From: an uncultured Bacteroides sp.
Lineage (GTDB): Bacteria; Bacteroidota; Bacteroidia; Bacteroidales; Muribaculaceae
Assembly (NCBI GenBank): GCA_964606815.1
Contig: CAZSHV010000001.1
Span: 9,909 to 69,871, forward strand
Direction: 5' to 3'
DNA: 59,963 nt
The position numbers and the translations under genes are program-made. Under the pieces are notes generated by a model. It was not told where the DNA came from. It did not search any database and saw only the letters and a program-made list of their open reading frames with translations. Shown here piece after piece: positions 37,301-45,979 of the stretch. How positions within the stretch are numbered: position 1 is the stretch's first letter; each line of letters starts with the position of its first letter.

Positions 37301-37863
37301 GCTTCGGCCACCGCGGTGCGTTCTCGGCAAAGGTGTGCCTGCACGTGTCCCTCGTGTACATTCAGGGCGTGCTTCCGCAGGAGCAGGAGCATCGCCAAGG
37401 CGAGCAGCCCGCATGGCATCTGCAGGTGTTCCTCGGCGGCAAGGAGATAGCGGTAACCCACAGCACCGAAGAGAATCCCGCATCTGTATCCGACCGGGAG
37501 TTCCTCGTCAACGAGGCAATATCTGCCGGCTCCCACAAAATCACCACGCTGCTAACGTACTCCACGCCGCCGCTTGGCGAAGGGGGCGAGATGAACTTGT
37601 TCGCCGAGGTCATATTCAAGGAATGCTGCGCCGAGAGCGACATCCGCCAGAGCAACTACTTCGCCAACGGAAACGCCGTGGGCTGCAGTTCCTCGCAGTA
37701 CGCCGAGACCATCATGGAGGACGGCAAGCTCATGCACAAGGTGGAAGCTGGCGAGGCGGGCTTCCGCCTCCACGACGGCGAGCTGCGCGTCAAACTCGGC
37801 GGAGCGTGGTACACCGCCGCCCGTCACTCCTCCACCGGCGCGCTGACGCTCACCCCGATATAA
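34306..37863 (+). CDS. Tail tip / baseplate hub protein
   Basis: 1185 aa; N-terminal Tal-like region ('RAVMGDNSLTLNFSLP', 'LSYGRGNGL'); C-terminal 'YRGIWD..YYAGDEVTY' modules. Confidence 0.75.
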   Translation: MKIYDANDCIILDVPVDDTSYRYRAVMGDNSLTLNFSLPEHVEIPTGAYCDFEGERYTLMRPQQLKMRHRRLYEYTAVFSSEQDKMKIWKFRNPVDGRLKFPLTAKPAEHLQMLVDNLNSREQGWTAGQCIDDTEKLVCYDHDFCWDALAKMASEFGTEFEVKGKTVSLRKVEYDKSDPLRLSYGRGNGLLPGVGRGNASEGAAVEILYVQGGDRNIDRSKYPPEEEEAQRAASNGCLLLPAGQVIAYDGEHFEDEERFNPEAANRYQADALGLYIRNIDRSPSTLAEDSLDRSEDYPKRVGEVSEAWEVDPDKHFWDFTDKDIPENLDYSQCLIGEERMSVVFQSGMLAGREFEVFYYHEEETAIDGQSKAARRFEIVPQEVDGMTMPGGDFIPRPGDKYAVFNVMLPPSYIRDDESKSGASWDMFRAAVRYLHDNEEPKLTFTGELDGLWAKKDWLRIGAKIRLGGFVRFVDEQFAPQGALVRIVGIKDSVNSPHSPQIELSNETVSPSVASTLKELKSEEVVTEENHKQALQFAKRRFSDAKETMEMISAALADDFSERINPVAVETMSMLVGDPKLQFRFVTGPGSDVAVVHHVTWDAASKTLIVPGGCIQHMTIGISDIAASHASDEYRYWTAGAYVSPPLSDPEAKYYLYVKAQAKAIGAGFAVFALEEEAQPFTKDGFYNLLYGILNAERDGERSFATLHGFTEILPGRITADRLVATDGESWFDMANASLKLKDKLVFNHDGNGELRLRGTIVQSQGGESEAPLGCYRGIWDSEGFYYAGDEVTYRPADDKPLSTYRCVQSQALHKMPPSSSPSWQVLAEGVKGEQGHSPALVYRGDFSPAETYYGTPSRRDCVKSGAAYFAARTDTPEGARGFRGRDTEQAAYWEPFGASFSSVATGLLLAEQAFIDNLGVRELMTATEGRRVHISQAQNRMTVHDEDGASSIVIAGETLSDSSLFGGAKAEYVIDRVRLQQKGESATSERVWGEERTFSFGHRGAFSAKVCLHVSLVYIQGVLPQEQEHRQGEQPAWHLQVFLGGKEIAVTHSTEENPASVSDREFLVNEAISAGSHKITTLLTYSTPPLGEGGEMNLFAEVIFKECCAESDIRQSNYFANGNAVGCSSSQYAETIMEDGKLMHKVEAGEAGFRLHDGELRVKLGGAWYTAARHSSTGALTLTPI

Positions 37864-37877
37864 AATACACAATTTTA

Positions 37878-37909
37878 CGATTATGATATAAACATTTTAG
37901 CTAACTTTG
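37878..37909 (+). promoter_or_regulatory. Operator copy 4 plus -7 box of the lysis operon promoter
   Basis: CGATTA-TGATA-TAAACA (37878-94) and TAACTTTG (37902-09). Confidence 0.6.
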
Positions 37910-37934
37910 TAACGAAATATAAAAACACGCAGAA

Positions 37935-38417
37935 ATGGCAGAATACATTCCACAGATCCTCACGTTCATAGGCACGATCCTGAGCCTCGGCATCCTGCAG
38001 TGGTACTACAACCGCAAGGCCATCCGCAGGCAGTCGGAGGCGCAGGCCACCGCCGAAGAGTGGCACATCTACAAGGAGCAGCTCGAGGCTGAGCGCGAGC
38101 ACGTCCGCTTTAAGGACGAGCGCATCACCGAGCTTCTGAAGATGAACCAAGACAAGGAGAACCGCTTCGTGGAGCAAACGGCGAGGCTCCGCGCGACGCA
38201 GGCGCGGGAGCTGGAGGTCAACGAGGCGCGCATCAAGATAGCCACGCAGCTGGCCGAGGCCAACGGCCACATCGCAGAGCTCGAAAGGGAGAACGGACAG
38301 CTGAAACTGCGCCTTTCGAACAACGAATGCGTCACCCACTCGTGCATCCACCGCGACCCGCCCAACGAACACACCAAAAAAGCCATCGCCCTGGCCCAGC
38401 ACACACAAAAACCATGA
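37935..38417 (+). CDS. Putative holin-like membrane protein
   Basis: N-terminal TM helix plus coiled coil, directly before the endolysin. Confidence 0.55.
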   Translation: MAEYIPQILTFIGTILSLGILQWYYNRKAIRRQSEAQATAEEWHIYKEQLEAEREHVRFKDERITELLKMNQDKENRFVEQTARLRATQARELEVNEARIKIATQLAEANGHIAELERENGQLKLRLSNNECVTHSCIHRDPPNEHTKKAIALAQHTQKP

Positions 38418-38812
38418 CTTACTTCACGATCGAGGAGCTGACCCGCTCCGACACCGCCGCCCGCAGAGGGCTGGACAACACGCCGACGCCAGCGGCCCTG
38501 CGCAAGCTACATGAGCTGACCGAGGCCGTGCTCGACCCCCTGCGACAGGCGTGGGGGAGGCCCATACACGTCAATAGCGGCTACCGCTCCCCCGCCGTCA
38601 ACAAGGCCGTGGGCGGAGCGGCCAACTCGCAGCACACCCTCGGCGAGGCCGCCGACATCACGGCGGGCAGCCCCGCCCTCAACAAGGAGCTGTACGAGCT
38701 CGCCGTGCGCCTGCGCCTGCCCTACGACCAGCTGATAGACGAGCGCGGCTACCGCTGGCTGCACATCTCATACCGCCGCGGCAACAACCGCCGCCAAACC
38801 TTGCACCAATGA
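38414..38812 (+). CDS. Endolysin, peptidase M15 family
   Basis: 'YFTIEELTRS...LDPLR...VNSGYRS...SQHTLGEAADI...WLHISY'; ATGA-coupled. Confidence 0.9.
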   Translation: MTYFTIEELTRSDTAARRGLDNTPTPAALRKLHELTEAVLDPLRQAWGRPIHVNSGYRSPAVNKAVGGAANSQHTLGEAADITAGSPALNKELYELAVRLRLPYDQLIDERGYRWLHISYRRGNNRRQTLHQ

Positions 38813-39189
38813 GAGCCCTCGCCTGCCTGCTGCTGTGCGCCCTGCTGACGGGGTGTGCGGCCCGTAAGGAGTTAATCACCGAGCAAGTGCCTGTCGTGCT
38901 GCGCGACACGCTCGTGGTCAAAGAGGCGCGGCTCGACAGCGTGCGGGTGCTGGAGCGCGTCGAGCGGCTCGGCGACACCGTCCACCACTGGCACACCGTC
39001 TACCGAGAGCGCAGAGCCTCCGACACCGTCCTGCGCGTGCGAACGGACACCATCACCGTGACCAGGACCCGCACCGTGGAGGTGGAGCGGCGCGCACCGT
39101 GGTGGCAGACCGCCCTCGGATGGGTAGGGGGCATCGGTGTCCCCATTCTCGCCGCCATCGGGGTGCTGATAGCCCTCCGTCGCCGATAA
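38809..39189 (+). CDS. Putative unimolecular spanin
   Basis: Lipobox LLTG|C, beta-rich middle, C-terminal TM helix followed by RRR. Confidence 0.65.
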   Translation: MRALACLLLCALLTGCAARKELITEQVPVVLRDTLVVKEARLDSVRVLERVERLGDTVHHWHTVYRERRASDTVLRVRTDTITVTRTRTVEVERRAPWWQTALGWVGGIGVPILAAIGVLIALRRR

Positions 39190-39255
39190 CAATTATTGCT
39201 TGACGATTCATTTGAAAGATACATCAAAGGTAAGAAAGGATGATTTTGTTCCCAT

Positions 39256-39293
39256 AGAGCTACCCGTTCTTTAGGATAGGTAGCTCTCATTTT
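39256..39293 (+). terminator. Hairpin after the lysis operon
   Basis: AGAGCTACC...GGTAGCTCT followed by CATTTT. Confidence 0.45.
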
Positions 39294-39501
39294 CAGACAA
39301 TCCAAACAAACCTCAAACACAGATTTTCACAACTGGATAAAAGTTCGTATCTTTGTCAAGGCAAACGGAAAAAATGAGTCAAATTTTTACATTTTTGTTG
39401 TTACTTTGTTACTCATCACCCAACCTCACCTGCGCAACATATTAATCAACAACAACATACATCTCTAACACCACATTCTGCGTCGGAAAGTGAATAAGAG
39501 C

Positions 39502-39740
39502 CTTGGGCATAATTTAGTAAACGCTGTTGGATGCAGGACGAGGGACGAGCGTCCGCGATAACGTGGCTTGAATCTTGATTTCTTTGTAGCCGTCACAAAG
39601 TATGGCTCGACCAATGCCTTGGAGGATTTTGCCGAAAGCATGATGCTATTTTCAACGATCGTGCGAAATTCAAACTCCGATTTCCGCACCGCGAAGCATT
39701 CCTGAGTGGTCTGCCTACTGCTGCTCCTCGTCGCCGATGA
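39502..39740 (+). pseudogene. Remnant of a metallopeptidase toxin tip
   Basis: 'VTKYGSTNALEDFAESM', then a frameshift at TTTT (39649-52) into 'NDRAKFKLRFPHREAFL'; resembles the cassette 4 Y...EFMAE motif. Confidence 0.55.
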
Positions 39741-40010
39741 TTCCGTATACTTCATTCAAGCGCAAACCATCGCGTGTAAACTCAATGATGTTCATCGAGA
39801 CGGCATCCTCCTTACGACAGGGATTGCCTCAGCGTCATAGAAATACGCGGTGGAGTAAACTCCTCCACTGGGAGTTGGGCCTATATGGCTCTCACAGAAC
39901 TCATCGTCTACCGGAGGAAATGGAGCGACTACTTTAACAGATGGTTCTATCAGCTCTTCCAACGTCATTTCTTTTATCCTTCTTATAAATTCATGATCTA
40001 TTTGAGACAT
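39715..40010 (-). pseudogene. Frameshifted putative immunity gene 5
   Basis: 'GPTPSGGVYSTAYFYDAE' continues as 'GNPCRKEDAVSMNIIEFTRDG...EEQQ*' if one G is restored near 39827; convergent with the toxin remnant. Confidence 0.6.
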
Positions 40011-40123
40011 ATTTTTTATCGATGTTTAAAGCCGCAAGTAGTTGTATGGCTTGGTTATATAATATAATCCTGTCTGCGATTTCTATTGTCAAATGTTAGT
40101 GGTATAGTCGCCTGTTTGGGCAA

Positions 40124-40273
40124 TTTAAGGCCCACCGTGCCGTGAATAGAAGCCGAGCCAAGGGTGTTATCGTTTCGGCTCAAGAGAGCGAACACCTGGC
40201 CTTTGTGCGCAAAGGTAGCAAAAACCGCCGAGGCGGCTAAACGTCACGCGGAGATTTATGCGAAGAATGCGCA
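40124..40273 (-). repeat. Fifth copy of the immunity leader/promoter module
   Basis: Matches 17756-17866 and 21156-21262, including the TACCTTTG box at 40210-40217. Confidence 0.9.
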
Positions 40274-40671
40274 CTTGTCTGCATACTATTGCATTGCAGA
40301 ATCTTACGTCACACAATTCTGGTGATTGTATTATTCATCACCCTCAAACCACCCGCCCGCGCCGGATCCACCATTTTCATGGGAGAATGTTGATCTCCGT
40401 TGTCTCGTCGAGGGATATCGGGGAGCATACTTTTATTACGGACGCAAAGACCGTCCTTACAACCAGACATCCTCTTAAGTCTCTGGCAATCAGTCAGTCG
40501 TCAGAATTATCACCTTAACAATCTAATTATCAAATATATGACTTCTGACAGATGACGGAAGCATCCCCCACCCTCTTTTTTGAAACTTGCCGAGCGGGCT
40601 TTGCGTATTACCCCGATTTTCGCTAATTTTGTACGCATGAATCTAATTTCCTAATCCTTAACGTCTGATAT

Positions 40672-41205
40672 ATGACGAAGACAAGTGTGAAGAAGGTGCT
40701 TCAAACGCTGACCAAAGAAAGACTCGTTAACCTTGTGCTGAAGCTCTACGACGGCAGCAAGGAGGCCAAGGATTGGCTCGAATTTCGCATTGAGCGGAGC
40801 TCCGCAGCCCCGCTGGAAAAGTATAGGAAAGAAATTAGCGCCCAGTTCTTTAAGCGCAACGGTGGCTTCATTTACCCCAGCTTCAGGACATGCAACTCCC
40901 TCATATCCGCCTTCAAAAAGTTCGTGCCCGACCCCATGGCTGTGGCCGACTTGATGCTCTACTATGTAGAGCAGGGATGCCTGCACACCAACTACTTCGG
41001 CGACGCTGGCTTTCCCTTCTACAACTCAGTGAGCAATAACTTCTCGAAAGCTGCCAAATACATCTCCGACAATGACATATGGCACGGCTTTGACAAGCGC
41101 ATAGTGAAGATGATCAGGAGCTTGGACTGGTGTGGGTGGCGCTTCCCCGACGTCCTTTGAGACACCTACTATCAATACGCTGACCCTGAAGTCCCGGCCG
41201 AATAA
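40672..41205 (+). CDS. DUF6155-like protein, possibly with a premature TGA at 41158-41160
   Basis: 'LTKERLVNLVLKLY...DLMLYYVEQG...FGD...FYNSV'; frame continues 14 codons past the TGA. Confidence 0.55.
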
Positions 41206-41214
41206 CCTGCGAGC

Positions 41215-41649
41215 ATGGAAATCGGATTCATAAGCTTTGACCAAACAGCTCTGAGCCGTGCCAACCGCGTGCTGAAGCAGCTCCAGGGCCAAGGGGCTAT
41301 CGACGAGCTGGGCCTGGGCCGCATCCGCGACGCCTTTTCCAACATGATGTTCCCCGGCCTGTCCACCCTGCAATTCCATGCGAAGTACTTTCTGCTACTG
41401 CCTGCCTTATACGCCTATGCCGAGCGGCAGCGTATATCCAGCAGTCGCGAACCCCGCGCCAAAGTGCGGGAGCATGAAATACAGCTCACGCGTCGACTTA
41501 TGCAGGGCTCACCCGAGGGAACTACCAATATCATCGGGGCAGACAGCCTGGACAAGGGATACGTGAAGTACGACCCAACATATATATACCACGCCGGCAT
41601 GCAGATGTACGGACTGATACCCATCAAAAAAAAAGTAACAATTGAATAA
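41215..41649 (+). pseudogene. Truncated DUF6361-like gene
   Basis: 'GAIDELGLGRIRDAFSNMMFPGLSTLQFHAKYF'; ends at an A9 run joined to AT-rich DNA. Confidence 0.55.
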
Positions 41650-42403
41650 ATCGGTATTTATGGACATCAAACTGTTTGTGTTTCTGGAATTAATTCGAAT
41701 CGGAGAAACAAAATCACTTAACCTCATAGGAAAGATTTCGAATATTTTCCCTGAAGGCACAAGTCACGCTTGGGAATTGTACATACCTGCTTTGGCTAAA
41801 GCACTAAACGCAGAAGCATTAATTAATCTATTCAAAGGCCTGGTAATCTGCGAGAAAGAGTTGCAATGGAAATGTGGCTCTACAACTCCAGCAGCTCATT
41901 ACTATCATCACATCGGCGAACTTGGCCTTGATCCTGACTACTCGCTTGCCGACTGGGCGTTTCAACTATCCGATAACCAATATATTCCATTTGGCTTCAT
42001 TAGACGCGGTAATAAGACGGCATACGAATACGTTCAGTGGAGAGAAGATTTGTATGGAAGGTTAGCGCGTGAAAAAGAAGCCAAGAAAGAACGTAAGAGA
42101 CTTCAATTAGAGCGAGCTAAAAAGATAGCCGACGAGAAGAAAAAGCGGGTGGATGGGATCCATGCTCTCTACTCAAACATTATGGGAATGTCCACAAGCA
42201 AACAAGTTGCGGCAATTGTTGCTGACAGACAGCAACTAATTTATTTCTACATGCCCGTAATCGTTTCTCTATTGAAAAGAACAGATGTAACAAAAGGAGA
42301 ATTAGATAAACTACTCACTAAACTGATTGAAATGAAGGCGACTCCGTTTCGGAGAAAAGTCACCAAACTTATAGAGGATAAAATCAATTCTTTAACCTCT
42401 TGA
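41642..42403 (+). CDS. Hypothetical AT-rich protein
   Basis: 253 aa ORF with composition distinct from host genes. Confidence 0.6.
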   Translation: MNKSVFMDIKLFVFLELIRIGETKSLNLIGKISNIFPEGTSHAWELYIPALAKALNAEALINLFKGLVICEKELQWKCGSTTPAAHYYHHIGELGLDPDYSLADWAFQLSDNQYIPFGFIRRGNKTAYEYVQWREDLYGRLAREKEAKKERKRLQLERAKKIADEKKKRVDGIHALYSNIMGMSTSKQVAAIVADRQQLIYFYMPVIVSLLKRTDVTKGELDKLLTKLIEMKATPFRRKVTKLIEDKINSLTS

Positions 42404-43245
42404 TTATGCGATTATTTTGTATCATTCTTTCCATCTGCTTTTGCCTCGGGGCGGGGGCGCAGGGGGCCGTGAGCTTCCACCGCGGCGAGGCTCCTGAGGT
42501 ATATGACTACATTCTTTATGTGCCTACCTCGGCCGACACTGCAGCCGCATCACTGCCATTGGTGATTACTCTGCACAGCCGGAGCGCCTCGGGAGGCGAC
42601 CTTAGCAAAGTGGACTTGTTCGGCACCATCGACGCCATAGAGTCTGGAATGCCCCTCAACGCAGTCGTCGTAGCACCGCAAGCTACGGGCGCGCAGTGGG
42701 ATGCTGAGCGTGTGATGAAGACAGCCATGCATGTGGCGGCAAGCTGCCCTGTGGACACAAACCGAGTCTATGCCATAGGTATGAGCATGGGAGGCAATGG
42801 TGTGGCTGACCTCGCTGCTGCCTATCCCGAGCGGATTGCCGCTGCGGTAGTCCTCGCAGGCTCGATTGACAAAGGGAGGACGGAAAGCCTATGCCAGATG
42901 CCCTTGTGGGTGATCCGAGGCACCAACGACAGTCCCGGGGCAATACAACGCACAGTGACTATGGTGGAGGATATTCTCCAAGCCGATGGCTTGCGCCTGG
43001 TGTATACTCCCCTCAAAGGAGTTGACCACCGCCAGCATGAGCGGTTGCTATACATGCCACAGGTATACGCCTGGCTGCTGCAACACAAGCTCCGAGACCC
43101 CGGCCGCCCAGCTGCGGCTGTCCCGACAATTACGAGCAAGATGCTGAAGGACGCCTACAAGGGTCTGCGCCTGCGCGATGGCTCGGCTGCGAAACGCAAG
43201 AGCCGCGGAGGCAATCGCCCCCGCGGCCCAAGAAGGGGTCGGTAA
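42400..43245 (+). CDS. Secreted alpha/beta hydrolase (esterase/peptidase)
   Basis: Signal peptide; 'RVYAIGMSMGG' nucleophile elbow. Confidence 0.85.
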   Translation: MIMRLFCIILSICFCLGAGAQGAVSFHRGEAPEVYDYILYVPTSADTAAASLPLVITLHSRSASGGDLSKVDLFGTIDAIESGMPLNAVVVAPQATGAQWDAERVMKTAMHVAASCPVDTNRVYAIGMSMGGNGVADLAAAYPERIAAAVVLAGSIDKGRTESLCQMPLWVIRGTNDSPGAIQRTVTMVEDILQADGLRLVYTPLKGVDHRQHERLLYMPQVYAWLLQHKLRDPGRPAAAVPTITSKMLKDAYKGLRLRDGSAAKRKSRGGNRPRGPRRGR

Positions 43246-43267
43246 CTATTTATTTTAGCTATTTTTG

Positions 43268-43633
43268 CTATATTGCTTGCCCAGTGGAGGGAGTGGCGGG
43301 AGCTGCGGGGAACCAAGCGTCGAGCTGGGCGTCGGCGCGAGCTTCGATCTCGGGGGTGATGTGCTGCGCCATCTTGCGTATGAGCAGCGACAGGGACACT
43401 ACCTCGTCAAGCCATCCGAGGATGGGGAGGCGCTTGGCGCTGAGCAGGTCTATGGGTAACACCAGATAGGCAAGCGATGCGAAGATGGCCCACTTATCCT
43501 TGGTGGGGGTGCTCTTGCTAGTCATCACGAGCCACATCAGCAGCACGGGGCGCGCGGCGGCGCGACCTGCTCGCAGGCTCCAGGTGTATATGCCTTGCCA
43601 GAGAGCGTCAAAGTTGAAATTCATGATTTTCAT
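43268..43633 (-). CDS. YkvA/DUF1232 membrane protein
   Basis: 'LAYLVLPIDLL...PILGWLDE'. Confidence 0.85.
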   Translation of the reverse strand: MKIMNFNFDALWQGIYTWSLRAGRAAARPVLLMWLVMTSKSTPTKDKWAIFASLAYLVLPIDLLSAKRLPILGWLDEVVSLSLLIRKMAQHITPEIEARADAQLDAWFPAAPATPSTGQAI

Positions 43634-43780
43634 TGCGGAAATGTGTGTTTAGTGGGTGTGTTTTCAATAATGATTATACAAATGTAGCTTTTCTATCGCA
43701 AATGCACACATTTTCGCTGCGTTTTTTCAACTATTTAAGAAATATGGTGTATATTTGCAAAACGTTAACCTTAGATACTC

Positions 43781-44029
43781 ATGAATCATAACTCCTCCAC
43801 CCGATTGGTGCATCTGGCCAGCTACGCCTCCGATGCCCAGGCCCACATAGTGCAAGGCATGCTTGACAGCAACGGAATACCCAGCGTGCTCAACGGCGAA
43901 ATTATCTCCGGCGTGATGGGCATCCAGCTGCTCCCTAACGACAGTATACGCCTGATGGTGCGCGAATGCGACGCAGACCGCGCCCTGCAGCTGCTGGCCG
44001 AGCATGGCGACGATAACCAAAGCTTTTGA
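43781..44029 (+). CDS. DUF2007-like putative signal-transducing protein
   Basis: 'AHIVQGMLDSNGIPS...IRLMVRECDADRALQLL'. Confidence 0.8.
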   Translation: MNHNSSTRLVHLASYASDAQAHIVQGMLDSNGIPSVLNGEIISGVMGIQLLPNDSIRLMVRECDADRALQLLAEHGDDNQSF

Positions 44030-44033
44030 CGGC

Positions 44034-45230
44034 ATGAAAAAGAACCTTCTTCTGCTCCTGGTCCTCACCCTCGGCCTCCCCTATGGTGTAAAGGCACAAA
44101 GCTTGGGCGACATCATCAACGTGCTGGAGGGGGCCAGCCCCTTTGCAGCCGAGGCTCGCTTTGAGTCGGGCATGACCCAGAGCGGCGAGCCGGCCCAATA
44201 TACAGTGCGCCTAATGAGCGAAGCCAGTCCGGCCGACATCTATGCGCCGTGCCGTTACCTGCTGGAATGGGAGGCTCCAATGGCCGATACAACGAGTGGA
44301 TTCACAGCGTATTATGATGGAAACTTCTACCGATACCGCGAAGGCGGACTGATGCAGGAATACCACGCCTCGACCCAGCCGTGGCACTTCGCCCCAGGAG
44401 ACGACCCCGACCGCGGAGTGCAGTCGCAGACGCTCTTTGCCAACCTGCTGCCCCAGTTCCTGTGCGAACGCCTCGGAGACCTTGACCGCTCCACCGTGCG
44501 CACTGACTTAACCACGGTTGACGGCCGGCAATGCGTCACCATCAGCGGCGACATCGTGCGCGGGGGCTACACTGCGGCCCAAGCCACCTACACTTTTGAT
44601 GCCGAGTCGCTGCTGCCCTTGCATTGGCGCCAGCTCTCCAACCCAGACGCGCCCAGCGAACAGCTCACCGAGGCCTGGTACAGCTACCCGGGCGCCGTGA
44701 AGATGCCAACCTCGTTTACCGACGATGGCATGGCCGCTCTTCACCCCGATGCCTTCGGGCCGCTGCGAGAGAGTACCTTCAGCGTGGAAAATCTGCCCGG
44801 ACTGCCGCTGCCCGCCTTCTCTTGCCGCATGGCCGGTCCTAACGAGGAGCGTATGCACCACGCCGCGGGCGAACCTTTGGAAAAGCCCACGGTGATAGTC
44901 TTCCTGGCCCGTGACACTCCCGGATGCATAGATGCTTCCGATGCCGTGCGCAAGGCCGTGGACGCCGCCGATGGTGACATCAGTGTATGGTGGGCTTTCC
45001 CTTCTTCGGGGGTCGTCGACTACATCGTCGAGCCGTTGAGACACATCATCAGGAGCAACGAAATGGAGCTCATTTACGCCCGCTCGCTGGCTGCTGCCTG
45101 CCGGGTGAAGAGCTGCCCCACTACAATATTGGTTGGCACCGACGGAGTGGTGAAAGAAATCGCCGTGGGAGTCAACAACGATGCCTTCAGAAGCGTTATA
45201 AAGGAAATAGAAAATTATAACGCAGATTAA
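44034..45230 (+). CDS. Exported protein with C-terminal thioredoxin-like domain
   Basis: Signal peptide MKKNLLLLL; C-terminal 'LPAFSC...PTVIVF...CPTTILVGTDGVV'. Confidence 0.65.
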   Translation: MKKNLLLLLVLTLGLPYGVKAQSLGDIINVLEGASPFAAEARFESGMTQSGEPAQYTVRLMSEASPADIYAPCRYLLEWEAPMADTTSGFTAYYDGNFYRYREGGLMQEYHASTQPWHFAPGDDPDRGVQSQTLFANLLPQFLCERLGDLDRSTVRTDLTTVDGRQCVTISGDIVRGGYTAAQATYTFDAESLLPLHWRQLSNPDAPSEQLTEAWYSYPGAVKMPTSFTDDGMAALHPDAFGPLRESTFSVENLPGLPLPAFSCRMAGPNEERMHHAAGEPLEKPTVIVFLARDTPGCIDASDAVRKAVDAADGDISVWWAFPSSGVVDYIVEPLRHIIRSNEMELIYARSLAAACRVKSCPTTILVGTDGVVKEIAVGVNNDAFRSVIKEIENYNAD

Positions 45231-45232
45231 TT

Positions 45233-45736
45233 ATGGAAACAGTTTACTTCGCAGGCAACGCCTGCCATACCAGCGGCACCGTCCCCGCAGCGGGCGATGT
45301 GGCTCCCGGCTTCAGCCTGGTGAGCAAAGACCTTAAGGACGTGACCATGGCCGACTTCGAGGGTCAGCGCATAGTGCTCAACGTCTTCCCCAGCCTCGAC
45401 ACCCCCGTGTGCGCAGCCAGCGTGCACCGCTTCAACAAGGAGGCCGCCTCGCTGCCTAACACCACTGTGGTGTGCGTGTCGATGGACCTGCCCTTCGCCG
45501 AGGCGCGCTTCTGCGCCGCCAACGGCATTGACGACTGCGTGGTCACTTCGGCCTTCCGCTCGCCCGAATTCGGTGAGAAATACGGCCTGCAGCTCGTCGA
45601 CGGCCCCCTGAAAGGCCTTCTGGCCCGCGCCGTGATCGTGATTGACGAGAACCACCGCGTGATTTACCGCGAGCTGGTGGAAGACATCACCCACGAGCCC
45701 GACTACGAGGCCGCCCTCTCCGTGCTGAAGAAATAA
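45233..45736 (+). CDS. tpx: Thiol peroxidase
   Basis: 'VFPSLDTPVCA...SMDLPFA..RFC...GLLARAV'. Confidence 0.95.
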   Translation: METVYFAGNACHTSGTVPAAGDVAPGFSLVSKDLKDVTMADFEGQRIVLNVFPSLDTPVCAASVHRFNKEAASLPNTTVVCVSMDLPFAEARFCAANGIDDCVVTSAFRSPEFGEKYGLQLVDGPLKGLLARAVIVIDENHRVIYRELVEDITHEPDYEAALSVLKK

Positions 45737-45762
45737 GATTTATTTCATAGCTAATGACTTTT

Positions 45763-45803
45763 CGCTCGTTGCGGATTCCAATCCGCAGCGGGCGTTTGTC
45801 TTT
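45763..45803 (+). terminator. Rho-independent terminator after tpx
   Basis: CGCTCGTTGCGGATT-CC-AATCCGCAGCGGGCG hairpin followed by TTTGTCTTT. Confidence 0.7.
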
Positions 45804-45979
45804 AAGCTAAGATAGCTAAGTTAGCTACTTTAGCTAATTTAGCTAATTTTTGCTACTATTGCTGATTTAGCCGGGAATTATCCGGGGCGGAAAATGAATT
45901 TGTAATATTCGTCAAAAAATCGTAACTTTGCGCCGCTCGGATTCGCACATTGCGAAATGTACTTTTTTGACTGCATCTC

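Larger units (their letters stand above)
1..39450 (+). mobile_element. Prophage (siphovirus-like Bacteroidales temperate phage); left end and integrase lie outside the window
   Basis: Co-oriented recombination, replication, packaging, head, tail, tape measure and lysis modules; host genes resume after ~42.4 kb. Right boundary is approximate. Confidence 0.93.

Noticed and set aside
40440-40590. Possible second mobile-element boundary or small RNA 3' end
   Set aside because: AT-rich with a T-tract, but no matching repeat or recognisable RNA gene could be identified by eye.
45803-45856. Imperfect 9-bp tandem repeat (TAGCTAA core) after the tpx terminator
   Set aside because: Short low-complexity intergenic repeat with no supporting context.
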